64,000 bases of DNA. Origin: Euprymna scolopes (Eukaryota). A model generated the notes under the pieces. The model ran no database searches. It saw nothing but the letters and a program-made list of their open reading frames with translations, and was not told the origin of the DNA. Both the position numbers and the translations under genes were made by a program. Each line of letters begins with the position of its first letter. Within the stretch, counting starts at the first letter, position 1. Where the stretch lies: NCBI GenBank assembly GCA_053919585.1, contig CM132785.1; one strand, given 5' to 3'. Shown here in pieces: positions 25,151-36,940 of this stretch.

Positions 25151-27399
25151 TCTAGGGGTTTAAGTTTTATATCAACTATATTCTTAATAAACCTTCTGTA
25201 TGCCAAATGCACATTAAACATTGCGATCACGCTATCCTTTTGTTCACATTGATATTATCGGTTAGATTATGTGGAATGATTTATTTTATCAATTTTACAT
25301 TATTTTATTTTCAATGATAATCTCGTGCCTTAACTCTAAATTTGCTCTCATGAAATTGCTCATTGAGATACCAAAATTACAAGTATGTTGTGTTAATAGA
25401 AAATCTATCGAACAAAAATATATTAATCAGGAAACAGTGGTTCTCTTTCTCTCTTTACCTTATCACCCCTTATATATATATATATATATATATCCCTCAA
25501 GCTACATATAGCTATATATAATTATATACATGGGTATATATAATATAAAGCTGAACGTATGTGTGAAGGTGTGTGTGTTTGTGTGTGTGTGTGTGTGCGT
25601 GCGCGGTCACGAATAGGCTCCGTTATGGTTGACTATGTAAAAAAAAAACTGATTGCATATAAGATGTATCGAGGATCAGGAATGGGTATGTTTGATCTAG
25701 CAGAACGGTGGTTCATAAAAAAATGTTGGGCCTGCGATAGACCTGTGGCAGATGACCTAGCTTAAAAGTGGTAATAATACTCCAGGCATGGGTGAAATGT
25801 GTCTTTGAATACATACAGGATACTTTCAGGACCTAGTAGCCTTTTAGCACTGTAAAAAGAGTCCACCTTCGTCACATCAACCTCTGTAATTGCGTTAATA
25901 ATATTGCTCTAATTCATGTAGTCTGTGAATATAAGGAGTTTGAGGAAAGTTTGTTTATGCAGTGTAACATTATTTATGGAATTCAGTGCTTGCATTTTTT
26001 GTTCTTTCTTAAAAATGCTCCTCTTCTAAAAATCTAGTCGTTTTGGCTGGTTTTCAGCTAACTACAGTATAGTCGTAATTTTATTTAATGTAAACAATTT
26101 CTTGTGAACCCATTCACTTCAATAATCAAATTATACTCAAGTTCTACCACTAATTATGACTACACTCTCGTCTTAGAAACAGTCGTAAATTCATTAATCA
26201 TTTACCTCGCGTGTCCCTCCGACTTCGATATGTAATGTCTCATCGATAAAAAATGAGCATAAATTGTCGCAGAGGAATTTATAATTATACTGAGATGACA
26301 AGTTTAAACTGGAAGTCATAAGAACAATGATCTTTTATTTTATTGAGTTTTTATTTTTATTTTTATTTTTTTTATTTGACAGATAAAGATCTATATTACG
26401 GAAAGGTAAAAAAAGAACAACACATTTTTGGTCGGAGAAATCGACAAGTATTTTTAGATAGTCGTGTCTCTGATACAATCCAATACTGACAGGATACAAT
26501 TTCGCAAAATTTGTTAATACATGCTAATTTCTGTTACCTCCCACTCGGAAATCTCAGTATAGTTGTATCATAATAACCTTTAACTAGATCGCATTTGAAA
26601 CAGTACTGTCGTCTCCAAGTTGTTAAATTTTTCAAGGCTTCAAGTGTAATGTGAACCGATATCTTGCTCCTTAATACCCTATATAGAATCCCACACAACT
26701 AGTAAATATGGAAATACAATACACAACTAGTAAATATGAAAATACAATAAAGGTTTTAAAGGGAAGTTTGCAAATTTATTTCTCCTCTAGAAGCTTGAAT
26801 TCAAAACACGATACGTTAATTTCTAGATTTGATTTACAAGAGAGAAGAAAAAGGATCTGATTAAATTAAATCCTTGCCAAATATTAATTACGAACATTTC
26901 GTCCGGATGTCATGTTTCACAATGTGTCTTATTTTCTGTTTACTTTTTGCAATTAGCCGAACAAAATTTGTTATTTTCCTCGGTAAATTTTAGCCACAGG
27001 CAAAATTATTGAACTATTTAATTTAATTAGACGTTGCAAGTTATTACATTTGCCCTCACTAGAAAACACATTTATTCCATACATAAAAATTACATTTTAT
27101 TCGTTTTATTATTTCTCCTCTTTCTCTCGTTTTGTATCACATGCACGAATACTTACATAATCATCACAACATACAGCCTCAACATTACATATATTGTCTA
27201 TACAGAAAGACGCGGGTGTAGGAATTATAAAAAAACTTATATTGTAAATATTAGATCAGTATAATTTTTTTAAAAGTAAAAGTAGTTTGCTTGAAGCATT
27301 GTTTAATGTGGATGTAACAAGGCATGTAGATGAATAAAAGTAAGATCTATGCAAACATCTGATACTCAAGCTGAAACGCCTTAATATATAGAGAGGGGC

Positions 27400-27885
27400 A
27401 TGCTCTTTGTGTAAATAAATCGAGCTTAGGTAGTTCGGACGATGTCAAAACGTCGTTAAACTCACGACTCACACAGAAGCCGCCGAGAACGTAGTGGTTA
27501 GGAGCCTTGACTGTCGTACAAACGGTTGGGTTCCAATCTTGGCTTTAGGTAGTTGCCTTTCTAGCCGCACTGATCAGCTGTGAAACAGCGACACAGTACT
27601 GTATGTGGATAACTATAATGCTCCTCATCTTGAGTTGAGCATACTGAGAAGTGATAGACGAATTACCATCAGCGTATAAGCAATGCTGCTTGTGTAAACG
27701 AATCGAGCTTAGGTAATTTGGACGAAGACAAAACATCTTTAAAATCACGAGTGACACACGATACCGTAGTGGTTAGGAGCCTTGACTGTCGAGCAGACGG
27801 TCGGGTTTAGATCCTGGCTTGAGGTAGTTGCTTGTTTAGACGCACTGGTGAGCCGTGAAACAGCGATACAATACTCTATGTGGAT

Positions 27886-27890
<5 letters not shown>
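27400..27890 (+). mobile_element. Diverged tandem duplication (~280-bp period) containing a tRNA-derived SINE head
   Basis: cgtagtggttaggagccttgactgtcg...ggttccaatc / ggtttagatcc (A and B boxes) at ~27490 and ~27765; upstream flank aatcgagcttaggta..tggacga is also duplicated. Confidence 0.75.
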
Positions 27891-27950
<60 letters not shown>

Positions 27951-29205
27951 GGTGTGTGTGTGTGTGAGTGTCTGCTTGTGTGTGTGTGGAGCAACTTATG
28001 CTGTTACACTTTTATTATTCAAATTCATTTGTGCAAATGTATAACAATACATCTATACATATGCTTATGTAGTTTCATAAACTATTTTACATCCAATATG
28101 TTCTTTCTCGTGTTAGGCGATTTTGCGCCTAAGAGGTGTGTTCATTATGCTATATTTCGCTATTTTCCCCTTTCGTTAGGGATGTGCTCAGCGATCAAAA
28201 GCGGATAGTGTGCTTTAATGTATCTAAAAAGGATTCGCTGAAATTGGACGTACAATTATCTTCCAGAGACATAATGCATTATATCCTTAATTATTTACTT
28301 TTGTTCAATTAAATACAATTTTTTCTAAGGTTCTGTTTGTTTGTTTTTTTCATTCATATTTTCTGTAGTTCTCTGAATATCGTTGGTTTCTTTCTTTTTT
28401 GTTACAATTGACACTAAGCCTGGGGTAATACTAAATACAGTATATATTGTAATTAATATCTCCCTCAAATCTTCAGTTAGAACAATATGTCAGCTTTAAA
28501 AAAACATCTCAAAATTTTCTGAATAAATATATAAACAGTTTCTTCTGTCTTATTTACCAAAAATTTTAAAAAACTTAAAGAATATCAGAAAAGTCAGCAT
28601 AAACACAGATCCGATATAAAACAGATGTCGTACGTCAAACAGATAAATAAATTTCTATTGTCAGCGATCCCGTTCTAACTTTAATGAACTTAACCATGTA
28701 TCTCGAACACAATCTTGATATATAGTATTCCGCATGCACCAATGTACGAATATCACACATGTTAAATATAGTAAAAATACGTAAATATTTTTAAAATGGA
28801 ATCATCCTCTGTCTCGTCGTCTACGCCTCATCAGAGTGACTGAATTGGGCCCAATCGTAACTATCTACCACTAAGCTGTCTTTCACGAATATGGAATGTG
28901 TGGCTTTTTATGTAGATGTTATTTGTTTTTGTTTTGCGATACGTTTTGAATAAATTCAATTATTTATACGAAAGTGCATTTTACCTAAATGCGAGTTGCA
29001 TATGTATTTTATGCGACATATGTATTGTTAAAATATCATTATTCACTAGCGCGTGTTTTGTCGTCTACGACATCAGATGTGCTGAATTTAGTGACATTCG
29101 AATTCAGGGCCGCATGGTAGGAAGCGTAAACCTTTACTATTTATAAGCCGCTTTCGGGTATAGATATATATATTACGTCACTGTCATATATTTAGTTCAG
29201 CATAA

Positions 29206-29264
<59 letters not shown>

Positions 29265-29345
29265 CCAGCATAATGATATACTTCCCCGCAAGTTAAAATC
29301 ATATATTAAAATCTCATAATAATTTAATGAAAACTTAGCATAAAC

Positions 29346-29573
29346 TACGTTTGGAAATTTATCAAATTATTTTAAAAAATTACATACGTTTGGAAATTTA
29401 TCAAATTATTTTAAAAAATTACATACGTTTGGAAATTTATCAAATTATTTTAAAAAATTACATACGTTTGGAAATTTATCAAATTATTTTAAAAAATTAC
29501 ATACGTTTGGAAATTTATCAAATTATTTTAAAAAATTACATACGTTTGGAAATTTATCAAATTATTTTAAAAA
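29346..29573. repeat. 39-bp minisatellite, 5.8 identical copies
   Basis: Unit tacgtttggaaatttatcaaattattttaaaaaattaca. Confidence 0.97.
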
Positions 29574-30759
29574 CTTAAAGCATTCCATTCAATGTGATTT
29601 TACTTTTTCGGCGATTATGTGTGAAGAGACTGAAAATAGAAAAGGATTATTATAAAATTTACAATGAGTTGTGTTGCAAATAAAACTAAGGTAAGATGAT
29701 ACTCTTTTTTCCGGGTCATTCTAACTTTTAGGGCAGTAACTAAATCGTTTTACCACTTATCTAAGGTCTGACCGACTACATCATAAAACCACTCGTAATC
29801 ACTTTATTTTCCCATTACCGCCAAAACTTAGTGTTAGTACAACGAAAAAGCGTGAATTGTATGACTATTTGCAATGGCATATTTCGTACTAAATCTTGAC
29901 TTGAAATATTAACTTGACTAAGATTTTTATGAAAAGCACAAATGGCTATATCTTTAAAACGTTATCTGGTCCGATGGGGCGATCATTTTCCTGCTAACAT
30001 TATATGTTAAACCGATGTGTTTGTTGTTTTCAATCTGTATTAATTTTGTCTAGCCGTTTACTAGTAATCGCTTGAAACATGAAGAATCACATTTTTATGC
30101 TCAGGTGAATAAGCATAGGTTCCACAATTCGAATGAGAACTTTATTTATTTCACACAAACTGTCATAATTGCAGATTCGACGAAAAAAAAAGTCGCAATG
30201 ACATCTTCATAGATTTCAAAATAATAACCTAAAATGTTCTATCGTAATCTCTTAAAAAAGTAGAAGTATATTTGGGGGGGCTAATGGTAACTAAAATTCT
30301 GTATCGACTAATTATTACAACATTGTTATTAGTATAAGTAGTAGTAGTAGTAGTAGTATTACTTCATTATGTTTTTTTTTATTTTTTCAGTAAAGAAACG
30401 AATTTAATAATTGATCAAATTTTATAATTAGGATAAGTGAATAATTCTTTGCCAATGAAACGTCACAAAATATCCCTCTCCCCGAAATTCCCATGTTAAC
30501 ATGTTTTACGAGATTGTTTTAATGGGGAAGAAGTATTTAGTAAACTACTTTTTTTACACCGTCTTTTAATTGTGCATACAAATCGTCGACTATGTTCAAT
30601 GATGAAAAAATTAAAATAGCATTAACGATTGCAAACGAACTTTGTTTTTAAAGAAATATAAATCTTTGTGTATCTTAACGTACAATCAATTACAAGAAAA
30701 CATTTGAGAAACATATTTAGAGAGTTTTTCTCATGTAATATATGCTCCTCACCACCTAC

Positions 30760-32229
30760 AGCAAGGACTGTCTGAAGATCCTCCCTTCCCTATTGACAGC
30801 GTCAAAAGCTTTGGTCAGGTGGATGAATACTGATAAGAGAGGGTTGGTCTGTTCAATACATTTCTCCTGAACATTTCTCATGTCGAATATCATATCTATA
30901 ATGATTCTGCAAGGCCTAAACCCGCACTGTGCCTCAGTAACGCTCTGCTTAGAGACTGTGATGAGTCTGTTTAGGACGATCTGCCAAATTTGTATCGATG
31001 ATCAGGCTCTTCTATGATGACATGGCTGGCAGGGTCCTTTCCAAAGGTAATGTGACGGATGCATTTCAGATCACCAGAGCTTCGTATTAGCCTGGTATTC
31101 TTCAACGTATTCTTCAGCTGTATGCGTCCCATGCAGGGAAAGGGGATCTACATTCGTTACCGCTTGGACGGCTCTCTCTTCGACCTGCGTCGACTAACAG
31201 CCAAAACGAGGAGCCTACGCAGTATCATTTAAGACGTTCTTTTTGCTGATGATTGCTCACTAGTGGCCCACAGAGAACAAGACTTGCAGCAGATACTGGA
31301 CCGATTCTCGAAGGCATCTAAGCTGTTTGACCTGGCAGTCAGTTTTTTAAAAGATAGAGGTGCTCTACCAGCCTGCAGAATACTTTCACTTTCCCGACAC
31401 TCACGAGTTACAACACACCACTTGCCAATGTGGAAAATTTCAGATATCTGGGGAGCACCATATCCTATGATTGCTCTTTGAAAAGAGAAATTAACACTAG
31501 AATTACCAAAATAAATCTAGCACTGGGCAGACTCCGCTATCGAGTACCAAAACCAAGAAAAATCCGCCTATCTAATAAACTGAAGGTCTACAATGTCATG
31601 GTTCTTTCCTCTCTCCTCCCTCCTCTTTGGTTGTGAGACGTGGACACTATATCGCTGGCATATCAAGAAACGGGAGCTTTTCAACATGCGAGCTCTCCGC
31701 TCCATCTTTAGAATTAGGTGGCAGGACCGCATGACTAATCGTGAGGTCCTTGAGCATGAGAAGTCGACAAGCATAGAGGTCGCAATCATCAAACTCAACG
31801 GCGATGTGTTGGACGCATGATTCGAATGGGGGAGTGTCGGATGCCGAAACGTCTACTGAACGGGAAGCTCCAGGCTGGAAAACGAAACCAATGTCGACCA
31901 GGACTGCGGTATAACGACACGGTCAAAGTCAATATCCACTGGTGCTACATCAAACCTAAAGATCCGGAGGATTATACCATGAACAGACTAAATAGCGATG
32001 CTCAGTTCATATAGCTGCTGACAATTTTAAAGAGATCAAATGCATGAAATTCACTGCTTCCAGAGAGAGACATCGCAGAGAACACTCAGCTGCGATCACA
32101 ACAGCTGACTTCCGATGTCACCACTGTTCAAGATTTCTGTCTGAAGGTTGGGGGCTGAGGAGCCACTTCCGTATTCTTAAATGAGATGCATAACGAAAAT
32201 GTTATCATCTGCTCGGATGGACAACTAAT
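30760..32229 (+). mobile_element. RTE-clade LINE, 5'-truncated with inverted 5' segment and 9-bp TSD
   Basis: Minus 30760-30980: EAQCGFRP..IDMIF..VQEKCIEQ..FIHLTKAFDAVNRE. Plus 30980 onward: KFVSMIRLFYDDM, GIYIRYRLDGSLFDLRRL, LFADD, FRYLGSTIS, LLFGCETW, RMPKRLL, C-terminal C2H2-like remnant. ACCACCTAC at 30751-30759 and 32230-32238. Confidence 0.92.
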
Positions 32230-34050
32230 ACCACCTACCCCAGTGTATATTTTACATATTGCAAACATAAATGCATTACACGGAGTAACTTTCCATCGAT
32301 ACCGATGTAGTAGGTTACAAAACTTATTGTGTGAATNNNNNNNNNNNNNNNNNNNNNNNNNNNNNNNNNNNNNNNNNNNNNNNNNNNNNNNNNNNNNNNN
32401 NNNNNNNNNNNNNNNNNNNNNNNNNNNNNNNNNNNNNNNNNNNNNNNNNNNNNNNNNNNNNNNNNNNNNNNNNNNNNNNNNNNNNNNNNNNNNNNNNNNN
32501 TATCTTTCTGCGATATTGACCAATAAGAATTATTTTAAACGCTTTTTATCATTTAATATTTGGTCGACTATTAAAATATCATAATAATGTGTCCAGTGTA
32601 CATCTGAAGCACTATTTTCCAATTATTCTCCTAATTTAGAAAAAATATAGTGCAACACAATCAAGTTAAAGTGAATGAGGAAATTCATAAAACTGACTGA
32701 ACTTGCAGAATGTCCTTTAAGCTTCAGGGTTGGTCATATCAATTTTTGTGTACTTATTTAAGTTCACTTAGCTTAGATGTATTAATACATTTAGACACCT
32801 AAAGCATGTACGGGCGTAAACGAATTCAGTAGTACAAACTATAGACACTTGCTTCAATGTGTGACACTATTTTTAATACACTTCAATAAGTAATGATTCA
32901 AATATAATATTGTCTATCAAAGAAACGCCTTAATCAAGCAAAAATTAGCATTTTTTTATTTTACATATAATTAATATTTCAGGTCTGCTTATCGAGGTCT
33001 TATTTGGATCGTTCCACATCAATAGAATTGGTACGGAAACATAAACAGAACAGCCACATGATATTTTGGATGAAATAATATTGATACATCCTGGGGAAAT
33101 CCGTCAGAAATTACCTCATTAACTTACGCAAATTATTTATATATTACGCAGTTTACAAACGCATTTGATTGGATTATTTCATATATTTTGAGTTTTTCTT
33201 TGTGTTATTTTCATAAATGTTTTTTTTTTTTAAATAAGCAGTATATTTTACAAAAGTGAAGTTTAAAATCAGATGAATCTTCCTAAGTAGATTATTGTTT
33301 GACTTAATGTTCATTGAATAAAAACAAGAATAGGGGTTTATATTTTTGTTATCTAATTGTGAAATTTACGGAAGATATAAGTAACCTGGAAGAGAATACC
33401 AGTATAAAATATTTTTACAGTGCACGTAATGACCCTTTGTAATAAAACATATCTTTTCATGTCTATTACAAATATATTACTAGAATTTCTCTTACAACAA
33501 TCAGAATGTGCCTTCAAGCGACTGCGTGTGAAGGTATTTCTGGTATAAAGATATATCCCTTATTTCTCATATTTTGTCATTCATAAAACGGTAACATCAA
33601 GGAAACTGTATGCGATAGAAGAAAAAGAAAACTAAAAGTGTATTTGCCTTCAGATAATTCGATATACTTTGCTCTGAGGTTATGAGGCGGATCTTGATAT
33701 AAATGAAACTATACTGCGATATTTAGTTTAGGGTTATATAAATCAAATAAGTGTTAACTACATTATATTCATATTCTATACAAATATGATATATTGTAAG
33801 CCAAACTTACACCGGAAAAGTTTTCATTATTATTGCGAAACGGTTATTAACAATTACATGAATCTGTTATACTATAAAAGAAAAACCGCTTATGATAGAT
33901 ACATCTTAAACAAAGCTATAACTCAGGTCATAAGTAGAAACATCTCGTTGTAATTATTTATGTAAAAGTATACGTTTGCCTCAGAAAATACTATATAAAT
34001 ATGATAAAGATATATATATATATATATATACACACACATATATATATATA

Positions 34051-35594
34051 GTCTTTGAAGTTTTTTAACATTTGAAACTACACAAAAAATTACTTTTTAT
34101 CATTCGTTAAAAAAACAAAAAAAACAAAAAAAACACTTAGTCAGTAAGTCATTTAATCACCTGCAATCACTGCATCAACTCTCTCGATTTTACTATAATA
34201 CCAATTGTTTTTTTATTTTTCAAGGGATCATCAGTTGTTTACCATGAAACACTGTTTCGGGGATTTAAAAACAAAACAGTATATTACTTCATGGCTCCCC
34301 AGCAGTGTTGATCAAACACCACCACCCTTAATCTTAGGAAGAAGACATGTTACAAAATTTTTTTTATCCAATTTCCTATTCTTAATTGCAATTACTAACC
34401 TTTTCATAGTATAAAAATTAATTTCTTACCTGTGCGATTCATCAATTTCCACATTTAAAATGGATACATTTTTTAATTTATCAGTCTTGTATTTATAAGC
34501 TTTGGATTAATCCATTTAACTACTTATCACCCCCACTATAATTAGTAGTTTTTATATTTACATTCTTATTTATTTAAAATTAGATATATAAAGGTTAAAA
34601 ATATTTTATATTTACATATATACATTTTTTTATATAAATTTATTATATGTAATTATAAATAAATTTTATACATTGCTAATATAGTTTTGGATTTCCTTTA
34701 TTAATATAGTCTGGTTTATCTTAAACGATTCAAAAGCATCAGGATAACGAACAAATGCTTTATTTAACTGTTTAAATATTTTATTTTTATCCCCACCTTG
34801 TTTTATCATCCATATTACTAAGCTAGAAACTGGTGGTATAAAATCTGTTACTTTTAGAGTAACGCGAGCTATTCTTAAAAACTCTGACATAATGGTTCCG
34901 TAAAACACAAAAACAGGGCAGGTGCTATCATTATGGGGCATACGTACTATTTTAAAGGGGAATGCGTTTCTTTTATCAAATATTTTATAAAGAAAAATCC
35001 CATCCTCAATTTTTATATCTAAATCCAGAAATGTAGCCTGTGATCCTCTATGTTCACAATTCAATTTTAGTTCGTTTGGATATATAAGATGTTTATTTTT
35101 TTCGAATTCATCATTATCGTTTATGCATATAAGGTCATCTATAAATCTCCTACACCCATGTAAGTTATATGTTTTTGATATATCTGTTTTTAATAATGAT
35201 GATATAGATATGTATATATATATATTCGAGTCTATGTAAATACAAATTTGCCCAAAATGGTGCAGGATTCAATCCCATTGGGATACCTATCGTTTGGAGT
35301 AATATTTTATTTCCTATTTGAAAATAGCATTCTTTAATAAGATGACTTACAAGTATTTTTAAAATACCTTTAGAAACACTTGTTTTGCTATTTTTATTTT
35401 TACACCAGAAAGCTTTAGAGTTTGAAAATTCTATATATTTACCTTTTCCACCTTGGAAAGCTAAATCTACAGTATCATTTAATTCTTTTATAAGTTTTTC
35501 GTGCGGAATTTTTGTATATAGCGTACTAAAATCATAAGTAGCTATAGATTTTGCTTTTATTCTGGAATTTATTTTATCTAATTTTTCTTTCACT

Positions 35595-35597
<3 letters not shown>
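34051..35597 (-). mobile_element. Penelope-like element (Naiad-type), 5'-truncated: RT and thumb plus 3' pLTR-like region, inserted in (TA)n
   Basis: TYDFSTLYTKIPH, QTIGIPMG..APFWANLYL, RFIDDL, ATFLDL, FDKRNAFPFKIVRMP; ORF ends at 34666 with no C-terminal GIY-YIG; one frameshift near 35200; (TA)n on both flanks. Confidence 0.88.

Positions 35598-35670
<73 letters not shown>
35598..35670. repeat. (TA)n microsatellite (representative; similar tracts near 99, 3034, 6173, 10707, 16240, 19377, 19682, 22893, 27888, 29207, 45788, 59920)
   Basis: Direct observation. Confidence 0.98.
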
Positions 35671-35671
<1 letters not shown>

Positions 35672-36639
35672 CGTGTTTCCATTTAAACATTAATAAAATA
35701 GCTCGGGGTGTCTCCGTTTGATTATCTTCATTTTGATTTGTTTGCGAATTTTCGTATTTTCCTTATTGTATGGTTGTCTAACTGTTGCTAATAGAATCTT
35801 ATGTTCCTTTTTTAGTCAATTATTTTTCGAGCAGTATCAACTCAATCCTCAAGTCGTCATCAGGGGGGTATGTTTGCTAAACTTTAAAATGTGTGGCTAT
35901 TTATAGTTTTTAAAAGTGTGTATGTGTTTCGAATGCGAATTCAAGTCGAGCTTATTGCCATGTGTTAGAGGCCTTGCTTGATAAATATATAACCCGGTGA
36001 AGACCGTTGTGTTCACCGGTACATAAATGTAGTCCTAGATGATTTCAATTCCAGGGCGCACATCAAAACCTCAATAGCGTTGTCTTGGTAAGGTTTACGA
36101 TGACGCAATTGATTGCGTGATTTCTGTGTTGCCTTAATTAACGATGATTCGTAGTGGAAGAACTAAAAAAAAATAAATAAGAATTAAAAAAAAAAAAAAA
36201 CAAAGTAAATCACTCAAGTCTCCAGGAATACGCATGCCGCAGGCCGTGGTTCTAGGAAGCTGGGCTGGCTCCACTTCTCCTGCTTGTTGTCTCCTGAAAT
36301 TTTACTCTAATTTGCATGATCCTTTTTTGAGTTAGTCACTAATTCCGTACGCAAACAAATAATTGACTCCCGACGTAATATTTGGATTTTCGTTTAGAAA
36401 TATTAACTATTAAATACAGTCTGGATACAAAGAAAACATTATTTTACAGATATGAAAAGGAAAAACAAATGCATGGCATGTATTTTTCTTCCAACAAGCA
36501 GTCTGCCTTAACAGTGACTCAACCGCGACGTTTTGAACACAACCGATTGTATGCCTTACCCGTCTTTATCTGCAGATCAGTGGTCGGGGGTGGTTGAGGG
36601 GACGGAACCGACTTTCATCTTTAACCAATGTTTTCAGCT

Positions 36640-36940
36640 CTCGACTTACGAAAAAACGTTCTGTGCATCCATTTATAGGGAGGAAACGGTGTGGGGTCTT
36701 AGAAGTTTTAGGTTCTCATCCAGCCAATCCATCGTCACTCTGTCAAACTCGGATTCGCCCTGATTGGCTAAATTTACCAAATAGCTGGTGCATATTGATT
36801 AAGTAATTTTTTACATCAATTTCCCTACCATGAGAAATTCTAAACCTTGGTCGCGAGATCATATCTTAGAGCCAATAGGATTTTGTATCATGTAATGATT
36901 CTCGTTACAAAACAATAATATTGTTAATGTACCGGAAGTT
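36640..36940 (-). promoter_or_regulatory. Candidate Pol II promoter (TATA plus CCAAT boxes and an ETS site)
   Basis: TATAAAT on - at ~36670-36676; CCAAT/ATTGG at ~36724, ~36763 and ~36871; TCGCGAGA ~36851; CCGGAAGT ~36932; downstream splice-donor-like G|GTAAGG near 36559. Confidence 0.45.

Noticed and set aside
27485-27545. Functional tRNA gene (also ~27765 and ~15675)
   Set aside because: A and B boxes are present but no pairing cloverleaf; SINE-like context
28805-28840. Hammerhead core CTGATGAG...CGAGAC on the minus strand
   Set aside because: GAAA is mutated, and no stem III or closing stem I could be formed
29346-29578. CRISPR array or repeat-protein ORF (EIYQIILKNYIRL)n
   Set aside because: Identical tandem units with no spacers and no cas genes; the frame is open only because 39 is a multiple of 3
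35993-36038. Hairpin ccggtgaa...ttcaccgg followed by CTAG as a Helitron 3' end
   Set aside because: Loop and spacer are atypically long and no matching 5' end was found nearby
36585-36610. miR-133-like sequence (gtcccctcaacca) on the minus strand
   Set aside because: Seed mismatch and no precursor hairpin matching miR-133
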